DNA of 32,000 nucleotides from Pseudomonas aeruginosa (GTDB lineage Bacteria; Pseudomonadota; Gammaproteobacteria; Pseudomonadales; Pseudomonadaceae): NCBI RefSeq assembly GCF_001457615.1, contig NZ_LN831024.1, positions 750,001 to 782,000 of the forward strand, read 5' to 3'. Shown piece by piece: positions 20,023 to 28,042 of this stretch (position 1 is its first letter; each line of letters starts with the position of its first letter). The notes under the pieces were generated by a model. It saw only the letters and a program-made list of their open reading frames with translations, ran no database searches and was not told where the DNA came from. The position numbers and the translations under genes were made by a program.

Positions 20023-20047
20023 CCGCCGTGAAACGCCGGCGCAGCGG
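20023..20047. repeat. Direct repeat copy 2 in the phzG1-phzS spacer
   Basis: CCGCCGTGAAACGCCGGCGCAGCGG pairs with 19937-19961. It ends 6 nt from the phzG1 stop codon. Confidence 0.7.
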
Positions 20048-20052
20048 TGTCG

Positions 20053-20697
20053 TCACGGTTGCAGGTAGCGGTGCTTCCAGCCTCCTTCGTCGCGGTCGTA
20101 GCGCAGGCGCTCGTGCAGCCGCTCGGTGCCGTTGCCCCAGAACTCCACCGACTCCAGGCACAGTTCGAACAGGCAGTAGCCCGGCGGGCGCGGCAGCGGG
20201 CCGTCGGTTTCCGCCAGGCGCCGGGCTTCGGCGCGCAGGGCGTGGATGTCGGCGAGGGTTTCGCTCTGCCGCGAGGCGATCGACATCGGGTGGGTCTGGT
20301 ACGGGCGGCTCAGCCACTGGGCGTCGGCGCGCTCGTCGGGCAGGCGTTCGGCGCGGCCGTTGAGGATGATCTGCTGGCTGCTCTCGCGCCAGTACAGCAC
20401 CCCCGAGGCCCAGGGGTTCTGCGCCAGTTCGCGGCCCTTCTGGCTATCGGCGTGGGTGGCGAACACCACCCCGCGCTCGCCCAGCTCGGCGATCACCACG
20501 ATCCGCGTCGACGGCCGGCCCTGCCCGTCGACCGTGGCCAGGGCCAGTGCCCGCGGCTCGCGCACGCCATAGCGGCGGGCGCGTTCCAGCCAGTTGCGCA
20601 GCACCTCCATGGGGTTCGCCGGCGGCGCCTCGAACTCCGGGAAAGGGGCTTCGATGGTCCCGGTGAGGGACTCGGAAATGTTCGCGTTGACGCCCAT
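20053..20697 (-). CDS. phzG1: PhzG1, FMN-dependent pyridoxamine-5'-phosphate-oxidase-family phenazine biosynthesis oxidase, 214 aa
   Basis: ATG 20697 lies 8 nt after GGAGGA. The adjacent in-frame GTG 20700 is the ORF-track start. The product [13 protein letters not shown]...YLQP is the expected 214 aa, and this is the last gene of the operon. Confidence 0.93.
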   Translation of the reverse strand: MGVNANISESLTGTIEAPFPEFEAPPANPMEVLRNWLERARRYGVREPRALALATVDGQGRPSTRIVVIAELGERGVVFATHADSQKGRELAQNPWASGVLYWRESSQQIILNGRAERLPDERADAQWLSRPYQTHPMSIASRQSETLADIHALRAEARRLAETDGPLPRPPGYCLFELCLESVEFWGNGTERLHERLRYDRDEGGWKHRYLQP

Positions 20698-20722
20698 CAC
20701 GGCGTTCCTCCGTTCTGCCCGT

Positions 20723-21559
20723 TCACAGGTAGGCCCGGCCTTCGGCGAAGGCCGCGCCGTTGCCCGACACTTCCACCGCCGAGACCCGCTCGCCGGCGCC
20801 CTCGGCGCGGGCGTACATGCGCGACGGCCGGCCGATCTCGACGCCCTGGAGGATCTCGATCTGCTGCCCGTAGGGAATCTGCCGGTGGCGCGCCAGGTGG
20901 ATCGCCAGCGGCCCGGCGGCGGAGCCGGTGGCGGCGTCCTCGACCACGCCGTAGGCCGGCGAGAACATGCGGCTGCGCCAGTGCCGCCCGGCGCCGGCGA
21001 AGCAGTTCACCGCCAGGTCCGGGAAGTCGCACAGCGCGCGGTGGTCGGGGTGCAGCGCGGACAGCGCGGCGACGCTCTCCAGGCCGACGAACACGTGGCG
21101 CGGGCCGTTGCGGTAGACCTCGATGGGAAAGGTCGAGCCCTTCAGGCCGAGGGCGGCGAGCAGCTCGGCCGGGCGGCTGAAGTGCTCCCAGGTGGGGATC
21201 GGCTGCTGCATGCTGCAGGCCACCACCTTGCCGTCCTGGCGCTCCAGGGCGAAGGGCACGGTGCCCATCCTGGTCTCCAGGAACAGCCTGTCCTTGTCGG
21301 TCTCGGCGCCCAGGGCGATGGCGGTGCCCAGCAGCGGGTGGCCGGCGAACGGCAGTTCGTTGACCGGGGTGAAGATGCGGATGCGCGCGTCGCCGTCCTG
21401 TTGCGGGCGGAGCACGAAGGTGCTCTCCGACAGGTTCATCTCCCGCGCCATGCGCTGCATGCGCTCGCCGCTGAGGTCGTCGCAGTCGAAGAACACCGCC
21501 ACCGGGTTGCCTTGCAGCGGTTCGCTGGCGAAGGCGTCTATCACGACATATCTGTGCAT
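20723..21559 (-). CDS. phzF1: PhzF1, trans-2,3-dihydro-3-hydroxyanthranilate isomerase, 278 aa
   Basis: The N-terminus [24 protein letters not shown] is typical of the PhzF/DapF fold family, and the acid/base Glu context NLSESTFV is present. The 278-aa length matches. Confidence 0.96.
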   Translation of the reverse strand: MHRYVVIDAFASEPLQGNPVAVFFDCDDLSGERMQRMAREMNLSESTFVLRPQQDGDARIRIFTPVNELPFAGHPLLGTAIALGAETDKDRLFLETRMGTVPFALERQDGKVVACSMQQPIPTWEHFSRPAELLAALGLKGSTFPIEVYRNGPRHVFVGLESVAALSALHPDHRALCDFPDLAVNCFAGAGRHWRSRMFSPAYGVVEDAATGSAAGPLAIHLARHRQIPYGQQIEILQGVEIGRPSRMYARAEGAGERVSAVEVSGNGAAFAEGRAYL

Positions 21560-21572
21560 GGGCTCTCCTGGC

Positions 21573-23456
21573 TCAGGGCCGCCGCTCGACCAGCGCGTGG
21601 CGCAGCAGGTCGGCGATGATGCGCGGACCCTCGCGGGTCAGCACCGATTCGGGGTGGAATTGCATGGAGGCGAAGCGCGGCCCGCGCAGGGCATGGACCT
21701 CGCCGGTCTCGCGGTCGCGGCTGATCTCGATCGGGCCGACCTCGGGAATCTCGATGCGGTCCTGCAAGGCGCGCGCGGCGAAGGTGTTGTAGAAGCCGAC
21801 GCGCTCGGCGGCGCCGAACAGGTCGATCTGTTTCTGCACGCCCTGGTTGGGCTCCTGCCGGCGTTGCAGGTCCAGGCCCAGGCACAGGCTCAGCACCTGG
21901 TGGCTCAGGCACACGGCGAGGAACGGCCGGCGCTCGCTGAGCAGCGAACGGATGGCCAGGTGCAGGTGGCCGATCTTCGGCTGGCCGATCTCGGTGGGGT
22001 TGCCCGGGCCGGGGCCCATGATCACCAGGTCGTAGCCGTCGAACGAGTACGGCTCCTGGAAGCCGCGCACGGTCACCGTCAGGCCCAGCGACTTGAGCTG
22101 CTTGGCGATCATCGAGGTGAAGGTGTCCTCGGCATCGACGATCAGCACCTCGCGTCCGGACAGGTCGGCCTGCAACTGCTGGCGCTCGCTGGCGCCGCGC
22201 AGCCAGAAGTCGGCGATCGGCGCGTTGCGGCTGGCCAGCGCCGCCACCACGTGCGGGTGCGAGCCCAGGCGCTGCGGCGCCTGGCTCTTCAGCGCGGCGA
22301 TCAGCCCGGAAGCCTTGGCCCGGCTTTCCGCCGCCTCGCCCAGGGGATCGGAGTGACGCACGATGGTCGAGCCGACGCCGATGCGCAGGCGGCCGTCGCC
22401 CTCGATCTCGGCGGTGCGGATCAGGATCGCCGAGTCCAGCGTGCGCCCGCCCTGGCCGTCACCGCCGATCAGCGCCGCCACCCCGCTGTAGTAGCCGCGA
22501 CCCTGCGGCTCGTAGCGGCGGATCACCCGGCAGGCGCTTTCCAGCGGGCTGCCGGTGACGGTCGGGGCGAACAGCGTCTCGCGCAGCACCTCGCGCACGT
22601 CGCGGCTGGTCTGGCCCTCGATGAAGTACTCGGTGTGCGCCAGGTGCGCCATCTCCTTGAGGTAGGGACCGAGCACCCGGCCGCCGTCCTCGCAGATCCG
22701 CGCCATCATCTTCAGTTCCTCGTCCACCACCATGTACAGCTCGTCGGCTTCCTTGCGGTTGTCGAGGAATTCCATGACCTCGGCCAGGTTCGGCCCGGCC
22801 GGCGGGTAGCGGTAGGTGCCGCTGATCGGGTTCATCACCGCCAGGCCGTCGCGCACGCTGATGTGTCGCTCGGGCGAGGCGCCGACCAGGGTGCGTTCGC
22901 CGGTGTGGACGATGAAGGTCCAGTAGGCGCCCTTCTCGCGCAGCAGCAACTGGCGGAAGAAACTCAGCGCGCTGGCCGTGGCGTAGCCGTCGATGCGCGC
23001 CTGGAAGCGCCGCTTGATCACGAAGTTGGCGCCTTCGCCGCGACCGATCTCGTCGGCGATGACCCGCCCGACCACTTCGGCGTAGGCCTCGTCGTCGAGG
23101 TCGAAACCTTCCTCGCTCAGTTCCAGCGCCTGGTTCGGCAGCATCGCCAGGGCCTGCTCCAGCGGCAGCAGTTCCTGCTCCAGGACCTTCAGCGCCAGCA
23201 GCGGCGTGCCGTCGTCGAGCGCCTCGAAGCCGCGCTCGGCGATCTGCCGGTAGGGAATCAGCGCCAGCAGGTCATGGCGCGGCAGGCCCGGGCCGGGCTC
23301 GTCCAGCGGCAGGTCGGCCAGGCCGTGCAGTTCGAGCGCCTCGCCGCGGATCACGTCGAGCAGGCCCGGGCCATTGCTTTCCGGGCGGTAGAGCAAGGCG
23401 AACGGCGCCGGCCGTTCGAGCAGGCGCTGCAACAGCGATGTGGGCAGGGCGTTCAT
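21573..23456 (-). CDS. phzE1: PhzE1, 2-amino-2-desoxyisochorismate synthase (anthranilate-synthase-like domain fused to a glutamine amidotransferase), 627 aa
   Basis: ATG 23456-23454 overlaps the phzD1 TGA 23455-23453 (ATGA). The N-terminal chorismate-utilising domain is followed by a C-terminal class-I GATase with FLAVCLSHQ (Cys nucleophile) and MQFHPES. Using the internal start [13 protein letters not shown] gives the known 627 aa. The ORF-track 712-aa extension runs into phzD1 and was not used. Confidence 0.95.
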   Translation of the reverse strand: MNALPTSLLQRLLERPAPFALLYRPESNGPGLLDVIRGEALELHGLADLPLDEPGPGLPRHDLLALIPYRQIAERGFEALDDGTPLLALKVLEQELLPLEQALAMLPNQALELSEEGFDLDDEAYAEVVGRVIADEIGRGEGANFVIKRRFQARIDGYATASALSFFRQLLLREKGAYWTFIVHTGERTLVGASPERHISVRDGLAVMNPISGTYRYPPAGPNLAEVMEFLDNRKEADELYMVVDEELKMMARICEDGGRVLGPYLKEMAHLAHTEYFIEGQTSRDVREVLRETLFAPTVTGSPLESACRVIRRYEPQGRGYYSGVAALIGGDGQGGRTLDSAILIRTAEIEGDGRLRIGVGSTIVRHSDPLGEAAESRAKASGLIAALKSQAPQRLGSHPHVVAALASRNAPIADFWLRGASERQQLQADLSGREVLIVDAEDTFTSMIAKQLKSLGLTVTVRGFQEPYSFDGYDLVIMGPGPGNPTEIGQPKIGHLHLAIRSLLSERRPFLAVCLSHQVLSLCLGLDLQRRQEPNQGVQKQIDLFGAAERVGFYNTFAARALQDRIEIPEVGPIEISRDRETGEVHALRGPRFASMQFHPESVLTREGPRIIADLLRHALVERRP

Positions 23457-24075
23457 TCCAGCACCTCGTCGGTGGTGACCACCATCGCGCAGCGGCTGGC
23501 GGCGTATTCCAGGGCCATGCGGTGGTGCGCCTCGCTGAAGTCGGCGATGGCGTCGGCCACCAGGAACGGCTGGATGTCGTTGGAGTAGGCGTCGACCGTG
23601 GAGATCAGCACCCCGACGTGGGCATATACGCCGCACAGCACCAACTGGTCGCGGCCGGCGGCGCGCATCCGCTGGAGCAGGTCGGAGTGGAAGAAGGCGC
23701 TGTAGCGCCACTTGGTCAGCAGCCAGTCGTCCGGCCCCGGCGCCAGCTCCTCGACCACTTCGCGGTCGGCCGGACTGGCGCGCATGCCCGGCCCCAGAAG
23801 TCCTTGAGCAGGCCGCGCTGCTCCTCGGTCATGCTGCCCGGCTGGGCGGTGTAGGCGATCTGCACGCCCTGCTCGACGCACCAGCGGCGCAGCCGCGCGG
23901 CGTTGGCCACCAGCCCGGCGCGCAGGCTCTCGGGCAGCGGGCGCAGGAAGTAGCGCTGCATGTCGTGCACCAGCAGCACCGCGCGCCGCGGCTCCAGGCT
24001 CCAGCGCGCCAGGTTGGCCGGCAGCTGCTGGGCGGTCGGCAAGGGATAGGCGGTGATTTCGGGAATGCCGCTCAT
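23453..24075 (-). pseudogene. phzD1: phzD1 isochorismatase gene, disrupted by a 1-nt deletion (frameshift after codon 95)
   Basis: ATG 24075 overlaps the phzC1 TGA (ATGA). Codons 1-95 ([10 protein letters not shown]...LLKDFWG) are in one frame. Residues 96-207 ([13 protein letters not shown]...TTDEVLE, TGA 23455-23453) are in the neighbouring frame. The span is 623 nt, which is 624 minus 1. In the first frame translation stops at TGA 23718-23716, giving a 119-aa product. Confidence 0.9.
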
Positions 24076-25289
24076 GCCACGGTCTCCAGGGGGAAGGTTG
24101 CGCTCGGGATCGCTTCTGCGCCGGACCAGGCCATCACCGCGCTGAGCGCCTGCCAGGGGTTCAGCCGCGGATCGCAGAGGCTGGTGTAGTGCCGGCTGAC
24201 CTGGTGCAGGCCGCTGGAATCGGCGACGCACTCGGTGACGTCGTCCGGGGTGGTCTCCAGGTGCAGCCCGGCGGCCACGCCGCCGGAGCCGGACACCGCC
24301 AGGCGGAACGCCGCCACCTCCTCGGCGATGCTGCGCACCAGGCGGGTCTTGTTGCCGCAGGGCGCGACGATGGTGTTGCCGTGCATCGGGTCGCTCAGCC
24401 AGATCACCGGGTGCCCGGCCGCGCGCACCGCCTCCACCAGCGGCGGCAGGCGCTCGCCGACCTTCTGCGCGCCCATCCGCGCGATCAGCGTCAGGCGCCC
24501 CGGCTCGCGGCGCGGGTCGAGGCGCTCGCAGAGCGCCAGCAACTGGTCGCGGCCGATCTCCGGGCCGACCTTGCAGGCCACCGGGTTGAGCACCTCGGCC
24601 AGCAGCGCCACATGGGCGCCGTCGACCTGGCGGGTGCGCTCGCCGATCCACGGCCAGTGGGTCGAACCGAGATAGACCCGGCGCTGCTCGTCCTCGCGCA
24701 GCATCGACAGCTCGTAGTCGAGCAGCAGCATCTCGTGGCTGGTCCAGACCGGCGAGGCATTCGCCTCCTGCCCGGACGCGGCGTCCCAGCCCAGGTGGCG
24801 CATGATGTTGCGCGCCGCCGCATAGCCCTTGAGGATCCGCTGCGGATCGGCCCGGCGCTGCTCGGCATGGGCCTCGCGGCCGTTGACCATGTCGCCGCGA
24901 TAGACCGGCAGGGTCTGCTCGCCGACCTGCTCGTGCGGCTTGGAACGCGGCTTGGCGTACTGCCCGGCGATGCGCCCGACGCGGATCACCGGCCGCCGGC
25001 CGGCCAGGCGCAGGGCGCCGGCCAGCAGTTCCAGCACGGCGGCCTTGCGCGCCACGTTCTCGGCATGGTGGTCGTCCATGTCCTCGGCGCAGTCGCCGCA
25101 CTGCACCACCAGCGCCTCGCCGCGGGCGACCCGCGCCAGGGTCGCGCGCAGGGCCAGGATGTCGCCGGCGCGGATCAGCGCCGGACTGCCGCGCAGGTAC
25201 GCCTGCACGTCGCGCAGGCGCGACGGATCGCCCCATTCGGGTTGCTGCAGCGCTTCGCAGCGCCGTACGCGTTGCAATAGATCGTCCAT
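24072..25289 (-). CDS. phzC1: PhzC1, type II 3-deoxy-D-arabino-heptulosonate-7-phosphate synthase, 405 aa
   Basis: ATG 25289 is preceded by AAGGGGGA. The product [21 protein letters not shown]... contains GQYAKPRS and other class II DAHP synthase features. The 405-aa length matches. The ORF-track start 25328 adds 13 residues with no Shine-Dalgarno (SD) sequence in front. Confidence 0.94.
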
Positions 25290-25324
25290 GGTGGGTCCCC
25301 CTTCGGCAGGAGATATCGTTTCGA

Positions 25325-25813
25325 TCAAGTGGGAATGCCTTCGCGTTTTATTTCCGGGACCGGAATGCTCAAGGCGCGCAATTGCTGGAAGACGTTCATG
25401 AATTCGCGGTTGCGCTTGATCTTGCCGTCTTCAAGTTCGAAGGAATGCAGGAAGTGGTTTTCGTAATAACCTTCGGGATATCCGGGGAAAAGAATCTTGC
25501 CGTGACCGTCGCATTCGACCCAGAAATGATTGGGGTCGTCGGTTCCGAATATATTTATGTTGTACCACTCCCAATCGGGAAAGCACTTCAATGACCAGAC
25601 GGCATGTTCCGCAAGTTTGTCTTTGCCACGAATGACGATGGGCGAGCCGGTATCGGTGGTCCATAAACCGCCACAGCCGTCCTCGACGAAAAGTTCATGG
25701 CGGCGCAGGCGATCCTGGCCTTTGGTATTCATGTACTTCTCGACGGTGGCGCGATTCTTTTCGCGAAGTTCGTTGGCATCGGTGAAACCGATTGGATTTG
25801 TCGTATCAGGCAT
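25325..25813 (-). CDS. phzB1: PhzB1, ketosteroid-isomerase-fold phenazine condensation protein, 162 aa
   Basis: ATG 25813 is preceded by AAGGAG. The product [28 protein letters not shown]... is colinear with PhzA1 (102/162 identical by hand count). The 162-aa length matches. Confidence 0.94.
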
Positions 25814-25842
25814 CGTCAATGCTCCTTGGCGGTAGATGTCAT

Positions 25843-26331
25843 TCAAGTGGGAATACCGTCACGTTTTATTTGCGGAACGGCTATTCCCAATGCACGCAGT
25901 TTCTGTATCGGGTTCATGAACTCGCGATTACGTTTTATCCGGCCGTTCTCGAGTTCGAAGGAATGGATGTAGTGGTTCTCGCAATAGCCCTGCGGATACC
26001 CCGGGACCAGCGCCTTGCCGCGCCCGTCGCACTCGACCCAGAAGTGGTTCGGATCCTCGGTCTCGAAGATCCGCACGTTGTGCCACTCCCAGTCGGGGAA
26101 GCAGCGCTCGAGCCACTCGGCGAGCCGCCTGAGGCTCTCATGGCCCCGGAAAACCAGGGGTTCGCCGCTTTCCGTGGTCCAGTTGCCGGCGCAGCCGTCC
26201 TCGACGAACAGGCTGTGCCGCTGTAACCGTTCGGCCCCCTTCATTGCCATGTAGCGCTCCACCGTGGCGCGATTCAGGCGCCGCAGACGCTCGATGTCGA
26301 GGGGTGTTTCCCTGTACCGCTGACCGTTCAT
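25843..26331 (-). CDS. phzA1: PhzA1, PhzB paralogue (ketosteroid-isomerase fold), 162 aa
   Basis: ATG 26331 is preceded by GGAGG (26342-26338). The product is MNGQRYRETPLDIERLRRLNRATVERYM..., and this is the first gene of the operon. The ORF-track start 26388 adds 19 residues with no support. Confidence 0.94.
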   Translation of the reverse strand: MNGQRYRETPLDIERLRRLNRATVERYMAMKGAERLQRHSLFVEDGCAGNWTTESGEPLVFRGHESLRRLAEWLERCFPDWEWHNVRIFETEDPNHFWVECDGRGKALVPGYPQGYCENHYIHSFELENGRIKRNREFMNPIQKLRALGIAVPQIKRDGIPT

Positions 26332-26701
26332 GCGCCGCCTCCGAGAGGGCTCTGCAGGTATGCCGGAGAAACTTTTCCCTCGCGGCATCGGTTATTCGCT
26401 GGCGCGCAGGAGTTCGTCGCTCGGTAAGGGAGCGATATTCGCTGGGCGCATTGTTTATACGTAGGGTGAAATTTCGCGTTACATATGTTCGCCTGTCGTT
26501 TCCAATTTTCGAAAGGCAATAGGAGTTTCATCCCGGGTTTCTTTTGGAAACCTGTCGGTAATGGATTCGCAATGCTTTCGTTAAGGTGCGACAGACGAGG
26601 TCGCGAAGACTTTCAGCGTCATTCCGTGAAGTGTTTCAAATAGCCAGCATCCCTGGTCGCTGATGTGGATTGCATAAAACACAGAACGCTCGTACCGGCT
26701 C

Positions 26702-26721
26702 AACTACAAGATCTGGTAGGT
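26702..26721 (-). promoter_or_regulatory. las/rhl (lux-type) box of the phzA1 promoter
   Basis: The minus strand reads ACCTACCAGATCTTGTAGTT, a 20-bp near-palindrome fitting NNCT-N12-AGNN. It lies 371-390 nt upstream of the phzA1 ATG, consistent with the described quorum-sensing box of phz1. A TTTTAT -10-like hexamer sits at 26679-26674. Confidence 0.85.
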
Positions 26722-27027
26722 GCCAGACAGGGTATGCGGGATTGCTAAGCTGATGCTTCCTGCAATGCCGGAGGTTGTAGCCAAGTTGTAATTTTATTCT
26801 TTCGGTACGCAGGAAAAGGCTCTGGAACAGGCAGTTGGAAAGTTCCAGGGTTGTTTCCGCAACGAGATCCAGGGAGCGCTGATCCGGGGGATGAGCGCAT
26901 TTTTTCTCAAAGTTCCGAATGAACCGGGGTGTTCTGCGGTATTTCTCGCCGAGCGGGCAAGAAGTGCGAAATAGAGCGCTTGGGTACTTCTCGGGTTACG
27001 GAAATGTGTAACGAGAGAGAATAAAAG

Positions 27028-28032
27028 ATGAATAATTCGAATCTTGCTGCTGCGCGTAATTTGATACAAGTTGTTACCGGGGAATGGAAGTCCCGTTGCG
27101 TCTACGTCGCTACGCGCCTCGGGCTGGCCGATCTGATCGAGAGCGGGATCGACAGCGACGAGACGCTGGCCGCCGCGGTCGGTTCCGATGCCGAGCGCAT
27201 CCATCGACTGATGCGCCTGCTGGTGGCCTTCGAGATCTTCCAGGGCGATACCCGCGACGGCTACGCCAATACCCCCACCAGCCACCTGCTGAGGGATGTC
27301 GAGGGCTCCTTCCGCGACATGGTGCTGTTCTACGGCGAGGAGTTCCACGCCGCCTGGACGCCCGCCTGCGAGGCGCTGCTCAGCGGTACCCCAGGCTTCG
27401 AGCTGGCGTTCGGCGAAGACTTCTACAGCTACCTGAAGCGCTGCCCGGATGCCGGCCGGCGCTTCCTGCTGGCGATGAAGGCGAGCAACCTGGCCTTCCA
27501 CGAGATCCCCAGGCTCCTGGATTTCCGCGGGCGTAGCTTCGTCGACGTCGGTGGCGGTTCCGGCGAATTGACCAAGACCATCCTGCAGGCCGAGCCCAGC
27601 GCCCGGGGCGTGATGCTCGACCGCGAGGGTTCCCTCGGCGTGGCCCGCGACAACCTCTCCAGCCTGTTGGCAGGGGAGCGCGTCAGCCTGGTGGGCGGCG
27701 ACATGCTGCAAGAGGTGCCGTCCAACGGCGATATCTACCTGCTGTCGCGGATCATCGGCGATCTGGACGAAGCCGCCAGCCTGCGGTTGCTCGGCAATTG
27801 CCGCGAGGCGATGGCCGGCGACGGCCGGGTGGTGGTGATCGAGCGGACCATCTCGGCCAGCGAGCCGTCGCCGATGTCGGTGCTCTGGGACGTGCACCTG
27901 TTCATGGCCTGCGCTGGCCGTCACCGCACCACCGAGGAGGTGGTCGACCTGCTCGGGCGCGGCGGCTTCGCGGTGGAGCGGATCGTCGACCTGCCGATGG
28001 AAACCCGCATGATCGTCGCTGCCAGGGCCTGA
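27028..28032 (+). CDS. phzM: PhzM, SAM-dependent phenazine-1-carboxylate N-methyltransferase, 334 aa
   Basis: The product MNNSNLAAARNLIQVVTGEW... has the family-2 O-methyltransferase architecture, with an N-terminal dimerisation region and SAM motif VDVGGGSGEL. It is divergent from phzA1, and the 334-aa length matches. Confidence 0.96.
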   Translation: MNNSNLAAARNLIQVVTGEWKSRCVYVATRLGLADLIESGIDSDETLAAAVGSDAERIHRLMRLLVAFEIFQGDTRDGYANTPTSHLLRDVEGSFRDMVLFYGEEFHAAWTPACEALLSGTPGFELAFGEDFYSYLKRCPDAGRRFLLAMKASNLAFHEIPRLLDFRGRSFVDVGGGSGELTKTILQAEPSARGVMLDREGSLGVARDNLSSLLAGERVSLVGGDMLQEVPSNGDIYLLSRIIGDLDEAASLRLLGNCREAMAGDGRVVVIERTISASEPSPMSVLWDVHLFMACAGRHRTTEEVVDLLGRGGFAVERIVDLPMETRMIVAARA

Positions 28033-28042
28033 ATCGGAACTT

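Noticed and set aside
21123-23588. 821-aa plus-strand ORF antisense to phzF1/phzE1, and the similar 247-3129 (+) 960-aa alternative frame of pchE
   Set aside because: Both are off-frame or antisense translations with low-complexity composition. The real frames carry family motifs and the expected lengths.
23786-23796. Programmed -1 ribosomal frameshift to rescue phzD1
   Set aside because: The junction U UCU GGG GCC GGG CAU is not an X XXY YYZ slippery heptamer, and I see no obvious downstream pseudoknot or stimulatory hairpin. Intact phzD genes are single ORFs. Mutation or sequencing error is far more likely.
23716-25236. 506-aa ORF covering phzC1 and the start of phzD1
   Set aside because: The first ~387 residues are an off-frame reading of phzC1. 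Only the last 119 codons (from ATG 24075) are meaningful, being the frameshifted phzD1 N-terminal half.
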